Source: an uncultured Nitrososphaerales archaeon (lineage in GTDB: Archaea > Thermoproteota > Nitrososphaeria > Nitrososphaerales > Nitrososphaeraceae). From it: a DNA stretch of 29,016 nucleotides. Made by a program: the position numbers and the translations under genes. The notes under the pieces were generated by a model. The model ran no database searches and had not been told where the DNA came from. It saw only the letters and a program-made list of their open reading frames with translations. Shown here piece after piece: positions 1 through 10,128 of this stretch; position 1 is the first letter of the stretch; each line of letters starts with the position of its first letter. Location of the stretch: NCBI GenBank assembly GCA_963709405.1, contig CAVPXM010000076.1, positions 1 through 29,016 of the forward strand, given 5' to 3'.

Positions 1-402
1 CCAGATTACCATGTACTACTAATAAATTTCCGATTGTTTAATCGAACTAAAACGAATCATTCTAATCTCAAGTTTTGCTCATTCAGCCATAATCGCATTA
101 GCCCTGTCACCAAATATTATCTACGCCAAATTGCTGATCATCAGAGTTCTTCACAAATATGAAATTCGTAATTATTTTCATGCTATTACTATAATTTCTA
201 ACCCATGGCATTCTATATCTAGAAAGGTTTACAAACCCTAATACTTATAAATCATCAATCGATGTCTTGTCGCGCTGAAGCCCAATGATATACGACATGT
301 CACAACAACCACAAGTTGAAGATTCAAGGTTGATAGGCGTGAAAGGTTAGACTTACAACATCAATGTACTCTCAAACCTTCCATTACTTAATCTCAGTAT
401 TA

Positions 403-439
403 TTAACTATGTTTGTAACATTAACTTATGTTTGTAACA
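403..439. repeat. Short tandem duplication (TTAACT[T]ATGTTTGTAACA x2)
   Basis: 403-420 TTAACTATGTTTGTAACA is followed directly by 421-439 TTAACTTATGTTTGTAACA. Confidence 0.75.
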
Positions 440-525
440 GTCATTACCTATCGTCCCATAGAAAAAGATGACAATATCTTAGTATCATCTATGGACTGAA
501 TACAATATGATACAATCAGTCAAAA

Positions 526-774
526 TCAAATAACTCCAAAATATGCAGCTTTCTTACGCTTTTTATAATTAACAATATAGTCGTCGTGATCATTTCCTTT
601 ATGTGCATATTGATATTTTTTATAAGGTACTTTTCCGTATGTGGTTTGTATCCTTGCAATTTCATCAATTTCTCCTCTATCCAACCATACACCTTTACAT
701 GTTGGGCAATGATCAACTTCTACATCGTATCTATGTATTAATTGCATTTGCTTTAAACAATTTGGACATTGCAA
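526..774 (-). CDS. Small zinc-ribbon protein (zf-TFIIB-like domain)
   Basis: MQCPNC...VEVDHCPTCKGVWLDRGEI matches the CxxC...CxxCxGVWLDRGE signature; basic C-terminal tail. Confidence 0.8.
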   Translation of the reverse strand: MQCPNCLKQMQLIHRYDVEVDHCPTCKGVWLDRGEIDEIARIQTTYGKVPYKKYQYAHKGNDHDDYIVNYKKRKKAAYFGVI

Positions 775-1025
775 TTCTTAATCACTGATATCAAATACTT
801 TCGGATATCATTTGATGATGATGTTTACGTTGTAATACAAAGTCATGCATCTCTACTCATACGAATGTTCTAATACATAATATATTTTAAATTAAAGCAA
901 GATACCGGTGCAATAAACAATTAGCCAACACGTCGACAATGCAACACACTGAAAACATGTTTGTAAAATATGATGATGTTACTTCTTAATTTGTATATTA
1001 ATTGAATGTTATTTCCCTTATTACT

Positions 1026-2009
1026 ATGGTTGATAATAGTGACCATTATTCCATCTTGTGGATAATTTTCGGCATCATGATTGGAATCATGTTAGCAATA
1101 GATTTCGGTCTTAGTGACAAGATCAAATCTTTGGTAAATCGAAAACACCCAAGACAGAGTCAACAAGAACCATTCAAACATGCATCAATATGAACCATTA
1201 TTTGGATTTCTCTTGTAACTGTATTTGCTGGAATAATATTTCTTACAGTGGGTCATGATAAAGCATTACTTTTTGTAACAGCATATATCATAGAAAAATC
1301 TTTAAGTGTAGACAACATGTTTGTCTTCCTACTAATATTTTCGTCTCTAACCATTCCTCATATATATCAGCATAAAGTTCTGACGGCTGGTATACTTAGT
1401 ACAATCATAATGAGAATAGATCTTATTTTGGCAGGAGTGTCTCTACTTGAAAGCTTTCAATTCATGACATATATGTTTGGGGGATTACTGCTGTTTACTG
1501 CAATACGTATGCTCATACAAATGAGGAAAGGAGAGGAAAAGATAGAAGTTGAAAAAAATATTGTGATTAGGTTGATGAAAAAAATTGTTCCGATATCTTT
1601 TCAATTGAATGGTGACAAATTCTTTATCAGAAAAGATGGAATTTTGTATGCCACTTCTATGATGATTGCTCTTGTAATAGTAGAAATGGCTGATTTAATT
1701 TTTGCTCTAGATTCGATTCCTGCTATTTTGGCTATAACTTCTGATTCATTTATAGTAATAACATCAAATATATTCGCAATTTTGGGTTTACGAAGTTTGT
1801 ATTTTCTACTTGCAGGCATGATAAGTAAATTTTATTATCTAAAGCATGGTCTTGTTGCGATATTACTTTTTGTTGGTGTGAAGATGAGTCTAACAGGATT
1901 TTTTGAATTTCCCATTATACTATCTATGATAACAATAATTGGAATATTGACCTTAACACTTGGACTATCATTCATTAAAACTAGAAGAATATTAAAACAG
2001 ACAATCTGA
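1026..2009 (+). pseudogene. terC: TerC/Alx family membrane protein with one in-frame TGA (1191-1193)
   Basis: EKSLSVDNMFVF, DLIFALDSIPAILAIT and SNIFAILGLRSLYF motifs. ORFs 1002-1193 and 1248-2009 are in the same frame, joined by TIIWISLVTVFAGIIFLT. Start codon uncertain. Confidence 0.85.
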
Positions 2010-2231
2010 TGAACGAGTTATAGTAATAAGTGAAAAATAAGAAACCAGACACATCTTTAATTAATTTCTCTTCTAATCTTTTCTAGGCTAGGTAATTGGC
2101 TATTCCTATGATGTATTATTGTTAAACTTACTATAATTAGTGATATGACAAGTTTCTAATGTATTCAATGCAATATAGAGCGCTGTTAACTTAGTGATAA
2201 AGATATAGCTGCGAACATTCTCTCATATTCT

Positions 2232-2370
2232 ATGAGATTATTTGAACGTGAGAGAACATCCGCGGAGACAATATTGTATGCATTATACTTATATTTTCTA
2301 GGCCAGTTTCAAAAATACATCTAAGGCAATCCAACCATTTGAAAATGGAGAGGAAGAAATCATGCGGCAC
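2232..2370 (+). mobile_element. IS6-family transposase N-terminal remnant
   Basis: Reads MRLFERERTSAETILYALYLYFLG../SFKNTSKAI, paralogous to YSLYLYFLGLSLRNTSKA of the IS6 element at 3043-3724. Confidence 0.7.
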
Positions 2371-2469
2371 TGTCCAGTGGCATTTACGGTACAAATATGA
2401 CCTCTATCTAGTAGTGGAATTTATAATACTAATCTAGAAGTTCGAAAAGACAACTATGATTCAAAAATA

Positions 2470-2963
2470 CAACAAAGCATCTATTTAACAGACAAAGAAG
2501 GTATACCGCTTTCGGCGGTCATTTCATCTGCTAGTACCCATGACATTAAACTGGTAATAGATATGGTTGATAATTCAGTTATTAAAAAGCCGTCATCATC
2601 ATCCAAACCGAAATCAAGAAGAAAGGGAAGAAGGAGAAGGTTACAACATCTATGTCTTGACAAAGCATATAATTCCACACAAGAAGAACAGGAACTAATC
2701 AGGCGGGGATATGTACTGCACATTAGTCCCAAAAGAAAGAAGGGTGAAAAAGAGGAGGAGGTCAAGACGGAAACGCAACCTTCCTTAAACCGGAAAAAAC
2801 ATTCTGCAAAAAGATGGGTTGTGGAAAGGACAAACTCATGGCACAACAGGTTCAGAAAACTGTTCACACGGTATGAAAAGAAGGCAGAGAACTACCTTGG
2901 ACTGGTACAGTTCTCCTGTTTTATGATCATCTGTAGAAAGATAATTTTGGGATAGGTTCTTAG
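2470..2963 (+). mobile_element. IS5-family element, 3' half (transposase C-terminal part, ORF 2563-2955)
   Basis: LTDKEGIPLSAVISSASTHD, LCLDKAY and RWVVERTNSWHNRFRKL motifs. Ends GGGATAGGTTCTTAG just after the stop; no left end found. Confidence 0.85.
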
Positions 2964-3042
2964 TATAAAAACTAATTGTTCATTCAATCCGATTCCGCTT
3001 GCTTAATCTAATTAGACTTACTATTGTTACTTTGTTTTCCAT

Positions 3043-3724
3043 GGCTCTGTAAAGTTAAGATAACAAATTATTGTTATGATGACTAACAAATAGATCCAAC
3101 CATTTTTGTATGTGTTGCAATTTACACTTACTTTTTCTACAAGGAAAATAATCATCGAAATATTCTGTTCTATCTTTGATGTATTGTACCGTCCTTTCTA
3201 TGATACTTTTCTCATATGGAGAATGGATGTGATGGTGCAGTCTCAAGAATCTACAAGCCTGTGGATACCATGTACCTCCATCAGTTGAAACAGGATAGAT
3301 GTTCTCCATATCTTTTTACAAGGTTTAATATAAAACGTTCTGCAACAAACATGTTTCTCTCTTTTGATATGCTTATTTGAAGGATTTCTCGGTTATCATT
3401 CATTTTCAATGGCTATCCATAACCAGATATATTCGGAACCAACTTTAATGATAGTTTCATCAATTATAAATTCAGTAATACGTATCTATCTTTCTGGAAC
3501 TTAACATCTCTGGTTTATATTTTTGAATCCAGTCTCTGATGGCAGTATGACTTCTTTTAACAAATCTAGACACAGCTTTGGAAGTATTTCTTAATGAAAG
3601 ACCAAGGAAATACAGATACAGAGAATATGCTATATCCTCAGGTTCTGTTCTCTTTCTTATTTGACACATCATAACCTATATCGGAGTCATAAAGCTATAG
3701 ATTTTTCCTTAACTTTACAGAGCC
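3043..3724 (-). mobile_element. Complete IS6-family element (682 bp) with 17-bp TIRs and 8-bp target duplication
   Basis: GGCTCTGTAAAGTTAAG (3043-3059) and its perfect reverse complement (3708-3724); TTTTCCAT on both flanks (3035-3042, 3725-3732). Confidence 0.93.
3055..3672 (-). pseudogene. IS6-family DDE transposase, frameshifted
   Basis: Fragments YSLYLYFLGLSLRN, IDETIIKVGSEYIWLWIAI, STDGGTWYPQAC and IERTVQYIKDRTE in different frames. Confidence 0.88.
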
Positions 3725-3914
3725 TTTTCCATATAAACTAAGTTTTGTCTATGAACTTATCTGTAATCCTACTCACTTATGAGATAATGACGTATAATTT
3801 CTCGTAACCGATATCCATTTTCATGTACTTGTTATCAGTACCTGGTATGATGATGCTTCTTTTTCATGGTTTAACTTGTTAATTAAACTAGGAATACGCT
3901 GTTGGATTGTTAAT

Positions 3915-4951
3915 TGTTGTACTTGCACAGATAGGTTACATTATTAAGTACCTACATGAGTTACACTTTGCTGCTTAGTTCTTATACTTATGGTGGATGT
4001 AATTAATCTTTGTAGAAACATCTCTGATGGAGTAAGACCATTTATTCCTCCATGTTCTCTAGTTTCATTGTACGCTTTTACAAACATATCGTATCTTAGC
4101 TTACCATCATCTATGTTTGGTATATCTTCTATTGCTAGGAACTCATTTTTCACTATCTTGTTATATGCTTCTATTTTCCCTTGTAGCTGTGGGTAAGAAT
4201 GAATTTGGTATTTGCTTATCCTTTATCTGATTGTGTACAAGGAAATGTCTGAACATTTTGGATGTAAACTGCTTTCCATTGTCATGCATTACTCTATCAG
4301 GTTTACCATTGATCACTATCCAATCCTCTAATACATTCAGAATATCCACTGACCTCTTTCTTTTAGACCATCTGCTTGCTACTTTTCTTGAACAATCATC
4401 CAGACAACTGATTATGTAATTCCTTTGACTAGAATTACTCAGATAGAAAGGGCCAAGGATATCCATCTGTACCATCTCATTTGGATGCTTCATGACAAAC
4501 CGTTTGTAAGTTCTTGTTTTGGCCTTACACTTGAGGATATTAAGCCCATGTCTCTTTAGTATCTTGTAGATAGTTCTGGTGCTTAACGAGATTCCAACAA
4601 CCTTTCTTAATCTAAACTTGATCCTGCTACATCCAAACCTTTTGGTTAGTCGTAGATCAAGTATTGTCTCTTCTATTTCTGATGTTACCTTTCTATATGG
4701 AGTATTATGAGGTCTTTTAGAGTTATCTAGAAGTCCTTCTATCCCTTTCTGTTTGTATCTGTTATTCCACTTGTAGTAAGTCTTTCTGGATGTACCGTAT
4801 CTTTTACAAATATTAGATACTGTATCGCCAGTCCATTCTTTCTCATGTATTAGATTAAACCTTGTTCTGATTTCTATATGGATTCACTTCCTGCCAGAAG
4901 TGTAACCCATGTCTGTAAGCTAAATTGTCACCTATGTTAGGAAGTACAACA
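3915..4951 (-). mobile_element. IS481-family element with imperfect TIRs
   Basis: Left end TGTTGTACTTGCACAGATAGGTTACA; right end TGTCACCTATGTTAGGAAGTACAACA; TGT...ACA termini; flanks GTTAAT / ATTAAT (6-bp target with 1 mismatch). Confidence 0.85.
3944..4910 (-). pseudogene. IS481-family transposase (HTH + rve integrase core), TGA at codon 9 and frameshift near 4200
   Basis: N-terminal HTH (ICKRYGTSRKTYYKWNNRY..GIEGL), core VQMD...DDCSR...HDNGKQF, then GKIEAYNK..KNEF and YNETREHGGINGLTP. Confidence 0.88.
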
Positions 4952-5369
4952 ATTAATTACTTATAATTTACTGGATCATCTTACAATTACTGATAAATAT
5001 CTACACTAGTTGACATTACAAATTTACTTACCTTTATGAATAATGATGTAATATTGGAGTTTGTCTATTTTAATCATATAGCATTTATCTACCATATCTC
5101 CGACTTTGTTATGACTTACAAACCTTGATAAGAGAGTTTAGTTGAATGCAATCTGAAATAAAGAATATGATACCTAAAAGAAATTAAATGATATTCAGGC
5201 TGAGTACGAAAGATTTTTAGTAGGATTTATTCGATACTATGTTCTAGAATCAACATAGCATTAACCAAATCCGATGTGTTATTGGATCTATGCTCAATTT
5301 AAAAAATAAAATCACAAATTTTCAGTTTACTACCAGAAGAGAAGAAAGGGTATAAAATAATAAGGCATA

Positions 5370-5975
5370 TTAGCTAATATTTGAAATTCCAAACGAATCA
5401 ATAGCTTGAAGCATTATTGGCAATATCTTTGCAAATGTTATTGGATCAGCACTAAAATTAACAATGTAGCCATATTTAATTCCCCCATGATCTAACCCGA
5501 AGGTCCCAAATTCTAAACTCTTTTGAGAATGTCCATGAAAGGTATCTGTAAAAAGTAACCCGTATGCTTGTCTGCCTGCAAGTAATGAATTGGTATTTGA
5601 CATTACAATATTAAAATCTTTAGTATTGGAATTTGACATTCTGATGTTTTTGTTATGATCTAAAAAAGATTGTAATGTTGTATTTACTGATTGAGGATAT
5701 AATCCCACTACAACTGACGCAAACTCACTACCTGTGCTTTGTATTGGTGGTGTCATCAGGACGATACCTAGAAAAGGAGATGGCGAATTATCACTAGATA
5801 TATTCCTAACGTTCCAGCTTGCGGGATACTGAATAACCATGCCATAAGTAGAATTATAATAAACTTTCATGGGTATAGTTATTGTTGATATAGTCTGGGC
5901 ATGTACCACATGTGTACTGACAATCAATAATGTCGATAATATAAAAGGTCCAATGACCAGCAGAAGTATAGTCAT
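5370..5975 (-). CDS. Secreted/membrane-anchored PsbP-like (Mog1p/PsbP fold) protein
   Basis: N-terminal hydrophobic signal ending VVHAQ; YYNSTYGMVIQYPASW motif, LAGRQAY and C-terminal AIDSF pattern typical of thaumarchaeal PsbP-related proteins; intact 201-aa ORF. Confidence 0.7.
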   Translation of the reverse strand: MTILLLVIGPFILSTLLIVSTHVVHAQTISTITIPMKVYYNSTYGMVIQYPASWNVRNISSDNSPSPFLGIVLMTPPIQSTGSEFASVVVGLYPQSVNTTLQSFLDHNKNIRMSNSNTKDFNIVMSNTNSLLAGRQAYGLLFTDTFHGHSQKSLEFGTFGLDHGGIKYGYIVNFSADPITFAKILPIMLQAIDSFGISNIS

Positions 5976-7468
5976 TTGTTATATATGATCTCTTGGTGTT
6001 TATTAGCTTTTGTGTAGGGTTCTTGAATACTAATATTAGACCAATACGAAAATCAAAAATTTGTTATTCCATATAGAAAAACAGATATTTTCATTATTAT
6101 TATATCTCTCTGTATTATTATATTAAGATCCTGCTTACTTATTAACAAATTCTACATAGTATTTTAGAACCTTAAGAATTCCTTTAATTTTTCTTTATCT
6201 TCTATAACCTCCAATAGGATAATCTTCTTCCTTTGCGACCTCATATATTCTGTCAGATAGATCTATCTGAACAATAGTATTTTTGCTAGTTCATCGATTT
6301 TATGTCGAAGTTCATTAGATACGGTGTGGTAACATGTGTGTTTTTTTCTATTCATTGTCGTAGTTCTCGTTCTCTATCTGATTCCTAATTATATTCCTTA
6401 TTTTTGTTATAACATGAAATAATCCCTTCTATTATTAAATTGTTCACATATTGCGTCATCTCGTCCGATTCTGATTGTTCTTTTGTTTCCTGTTCTTGTG
6501 GTGATAATAATGATGATGAGGATTGTGGTATTAAACAATTTGTATCCTTTATGCGATCTGTACGATTACAATATTCTTCTAATTCATCATGATATTTCAC
6601 TAGCAGATGTTCTATCGTGACATGTAGGAGAGCGGATGGAGTAGGACTTTCAGCTAATGAGTTATTTATTGTGCTGGTCTAGCGAAAGCTTGCTGGAAAT
6701 TACTCTAGTTTGTTTCTGTTCTCTATAGACACTATCTCTAATATGGTAATCAGAACCAATCCACTAATATATTTACCCAGTTTACAAATAAGCTTTTAGG
6801 TAGACTAATCCATCTAGCAGATGTTCTCTACCTTAAGATTGGGTAGCCGTAACTACCTCATGAATAGGAAAAATAGTATCATTTCAAACCCTAGTTTGTT
6901 TTAACTCTAACAGGATTAGCAGGCTCAAACAAGCTAAGTTAGAGAACCTATGATTATGGTCTACTATTAAAATTAATAATAGATAATTATATTTTTCAGA
7001 ATGGTGTTAACAAACCTCGCCCCCCCACATGAACATTTTTAATAAATGGGGAATGTACTTTACTAAATGCTTAATGTACTTCTGCTGATAACACATTCTC
7101 TAAATATTAGTGTTGAATTACTCTGTCAATGCCTATACAAAACTAGACAATCTAATTAGAGACGAGCAAAGGATAGTCAATTAGTTCCTATTGCTAGTAT
7201 TTAATACAATCTCAATTGAACCATTTGTAGTATTTGACTTCTGATATGAAGATATAGAAAGACTATGTAATTGGAATTCCGACTCTATTATAAAATAAAA
7301 CATAGTCTGCAAATATATTGCATAATGAAAGATGAAACGTAAAATCGCCTTACTTGATAGAGCTTCCTTCGGAGAAAAAATAGGAAGAATCCAGGAATAG
7401 AAAAAAATCGGCTAAATCTTTTTAATGATAAATCTTTTTTAGTCATTATAAGATAATAGAATCACCTT

Positions 7469-8249
7469 ATGCACAATCAGACTAATAAAAGGCTTGATTT
7501 CTCAAATAAAATTGTATTGGTAACAGGTGGAACCGGGGCGTTAGGAAGAGCTATAACAAGATCTTTTATCGAATGCAATGCTAAAGTGATATCATCATAT
7601 ATTGTTGACAGTAATGCAGAGTTGTCAAAAAAGCAAATTGAGCCAGAATTACAATTGATAAAAGCAGATACATCAAAAGAAGAGCAAGTAGAGAAATTAA
7701 TTTCAGCCATTTTAGCAAAATATGGGCAAATCCATATATTGGTTAATATTGTTGGAGGATATCTAGAAGATAAAAGTGTAACAGAACTTGATGAATGGGA
7801 CAAGATGATGACAATAAATCTAAAAACAAGCTTTTCTAATAAGCAAACATGTTATTCCACATATGATATCTTCTAAATATGGAAAAATGGTTCATATATC
7901 TTCTAAAACCGGTTTGAAATCCATGGGGTATGATTCTGCTTATGCAGCATCAAAATCTGGATTGATAAGACTTGTAGAATCATTGTCCGAAGAAACAAAG
8001 AAATCAAATATTAATGTGAATTGTATAATGCCAAGCATGATAAATACTGAAGCAAATAGAAAAGCAATGCCGGCCGTGAATTTTGGAAAATGGGTAAAAC
8101 CTGAAGAGTTAGCAAACATTGTATTATTCTTATGCTCAGAGGAAGCAAAGGTCATACCTACTCTAGAACCACTTGCAATGTTATGGATTACATATTACTT
8201 TAAAACAGGTACAGGAAATCATGCCTTCAAGTTACTAAGAAAACCGTGA
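7469..8249 (+). pseudogene. Short-chain dehydrogenase/reductase, frameshift at about 7828; C-terminus apparently replaced after about 8156
   Basis: TGGTGALG Rossmann motif, LVNIVGG and catalytic YAASK. Removing one A before AGCT(7829) gives KTAFLISKHVIPHMISSK, which joins the two ORFs. Confidence 0.88.
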
Positions 8250-8419
8250 ATACTTTATTAGTAAAAGACAGCTCAACTCGTATTTTCAAGAGCCACCAAT
8301 TAACGAATATAAAAAACTTCACAATCTTTATCCAGAATCATGCCACATTTTAATTTACTTCACATTTGTAATAGTCTTTGCAAATCAATTTCGGATAGGC
8401 TTTTCTTAATATTCATGTA

Positions 8420-8444
8420 TGATATCATGATATCGATATATAAA
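8420..8444 (+). promoter_or_regulatory. Palindromic operator GATATCATGATATC (8421-8434) abutting a TATA box (TATATAAA 8437-8444)
   Basis: Perfect 14-bp palindrome; TATA box ends about 24 nt upstream of the GTG start at 8468, consistent with a leaderless archaeal transcript. Confidence 0.7.
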
Positions 8445-8467
8445 TATGAATTTATCTAATAGTTCTT

Positions 8468-9241
8468 GTGACACACAATCTAATAATTAGAGGATTTGAT
8501 GATAAAGTTCATGCACAGTTAGGAGAAATGGCAAATCAAAGAGGTGTTTCTATAAATTCAATAGTAAAGGATGCAGTAGACAAATGGTTAAAAGATCAGC
8601 AATCACAGGTTCCAAGAAAACATCATCTGGTAATTTATTCAGATGATGAATCAATGATGGGATTGCTAAAATCAATGGACAGACTTGCCAAGGAAGGTGA
8701 CTTGTTTAGATGCTTTTGTAGTCCACCAGGCAGTCCGTCATCTGAACTTTTGTCTAAACTTAAGTGGTATGATGGAACAATTGAGCCATATTATTATACT
8801 CCAACTAATACTATTGCAGCAGGATCAGTAAAGTATCAGGACAAGGAGCACCATCTACTATTACAACAACAACAGCAACAGCATCAAACTCAAATGCAAA
8901 GTCATCAAAGTCAAAAAAATATCACGAAATATTTTGGTAGGATAATTGGAAACATAGCTAAAAATGCTAATAACAGGCAGGTATGTTGTCTGGATTTTTT
9001 GATAAATGATGTAGCAAAGGCCTCATTGAGGCAGGCATTAACTATTGAAGAGGCTTATAACGACAATAGAATAGCTGGCTTGACGTATTGTACTTACAAG
9101 ACTGCAACTTTGTTAAACTCGAGGATAAAAGACATGTTAGAGCTATTCGAATTGCATGATCAGATCTTTCTGCTAAAGGGAGATGAAGTCTACAAGCTAC
9201 ATGTTACAAAAGAAAATGTACACAAGCTATTCTTAAACTAG
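8468..9241 (+). CDS. Putative transcription regulator: N-terminal ribbon-helix-helix plus C-terminal MEDS-like sensory domain with a poly-Q insert
   Basis: NLIIRGFDDKVHAQLGEMANQRGVSINSIVKDAVDKWL is an RHH pattern. HHLVIYS...ALTIEEAYN...TYCTYK...LFELHDQIF resembles MEDS conserved blocks. Intact 257-aa ORF. Confidence 0.7.
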   Translation: MTHNLIIRGFDDKVHAQLGEMANQRGVSINSIVKDAVDKWLKDQQSQVPRKHHLVIYSDDESMMGLLKSMDRLAKEGDLFRCFCSPPGSPSSELLSKLKWYDGTIEPYYYTPTNTIAAGSVKYQDKEHHLLLQQQQQQHQTQMQSHQSQKNITKYFGRIIGNIAKNANNRQVCCLDFLINDVAKASLRQALTIEEAYNDNRIAGLTYCTYKTATLLNSRIKDMLELFELHDQIFLLKGDEVYKLHVTKENVHKLFLN

Positions 9242-9473
9242 TAGTAAATAAACCAATTATAATTTTTGTTGCTGCAAAAATCCTACTATCTAAATTAAAA
9301 ATAGTTGCTGTTTGAACTGAATGAGATAAATAAAAACTGACTTATTTTCTCATATCGAAAGAGGTATCTTGGAAAAGATTGAAATTGAGCCGACTGAAAC
9401 GAATCAATTTCAGCATATCTTCTTCCTTTCAACCCTTTTGTATGTTGTATTTAGCGAATATATGTGTTAATGC

Positions 9474-9530
9474 TATGATATCATGATATCGATCCTAGTT
9501 AGATTTATATTATGGTATCATGATATCATA
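9474..9530 (+). promoter_or_regulatory. Two copies of the GATATCATGATATC operator (9477-9490; 9514-9527 with 1 mismatch) flanking a TATA box (TTTATATT 9504-9511)
   Basis: The 20-mer TATGATATCATGATATCGAT is identical at 8418-8437 and 9474-9493; TATGGTATCATGATATCATA at 9511-9530; ATG at 9535. Confidence 0.75.
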
Positions 9531-9534
9531 TGCT

Positions 9535-10128
9535 ATGAGTAAAATGAATCAAATGGGAAACGAAAAAGAACAAGTAGGGCAAAAAATCGTAAATGGCGTA
9601 AATGTTACCAAACTGTTTGATGCAATGGGAGCAATAATGGATAATCCTAGCGTATCATAATTCAATTTCCGTGCCAAAGGAAGATGGATTAATGGTGGGC
9701 ATAACCAGACAAGTATAAATGACTTTTATGGTGCTTGCCAAACTCACAGTAGAAGTCCGTCCTTCGTGTTGGATAAAGATGAACCGCCAGTTCTGTTGGG
9801 AGAAGATCACGGAGCCAATCCAGCTGAGTATGCACTTGCAGCTCTGAATGGTTGCTTGACTACAACTCTCATCTACCATGCAGCTGCTCAAGGAGTAAAG
9901 ATAGAGAAGGTAGAATCAACACTAGCAGGCGACCTTGATATCCAAGGCCTTCTTGGAATGTCTGAGAATGTTAGAAATGGATACGAGAAAATCAAAGTTA
10001 CATTCAAAGTCAAATCTGATGCACCAAAGGAAAAAATAAGAGAACTTGTAGAGCTTGCACAAAAGAGATCGCCTGTATTTGATATGTTCTCTCATCCAAC
10101 GCCAGTACAAGTCTCTCTTCAAGAATAG
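9535..10128 (+). pseudogene. OsmC/Ohr-superfamily protein (long, single conserved-Cys type) with in-frame TAA at 9658-9660
   Basis: VNGVNV N-terminus, DEPPVLLGEDHGANPAEYALAALNGCL and AQKRSPVFD motifs. ATG 9535 is in frame with ORF 9766-10128. Confidence 0.85.

Noticed and set aside
261-362. Possible structured RNA or rRNA fragment (GGTTGATAGGC)
   Set aside because: The match is too short and no consistent secondary structure or flanking rRNA sequence is evident
786-810. Single TGATATCA/GGATATCA boxes upstream of the zinc-ribbon gene as regulon members
   Set aside because: Isolated 8-mers also occur inside coding regions (SDR, transposase, adh) and are expected by chance in AT-rich DNA; they are not in the abutting tandem arrangement
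1191-1193. TGA-to-Trp recoding (in-frame TGA in TerC, the IS481 transposase and a membrane-protein-like frame near 15809)
   Set aside because: TGG is used normally, TGA terminates genes (TerC 2009, radical SAM 14859) and OsmC is broken by TAA; TGG->TGA is the commonest nonsense change
6652-6720. Hammerhead-like core CTAATGA...GAAA
   Set aside because: The invariant G of CUGANGA is missing, and stems I and III cannot be paired with a UH cleavage site
7052-7082. AATGTACTT twice, resembling the start of a nanopore adapter
   Set aside because: Only 9-10 matching bases in AT-rich sequence; the rest of the adapter is absent
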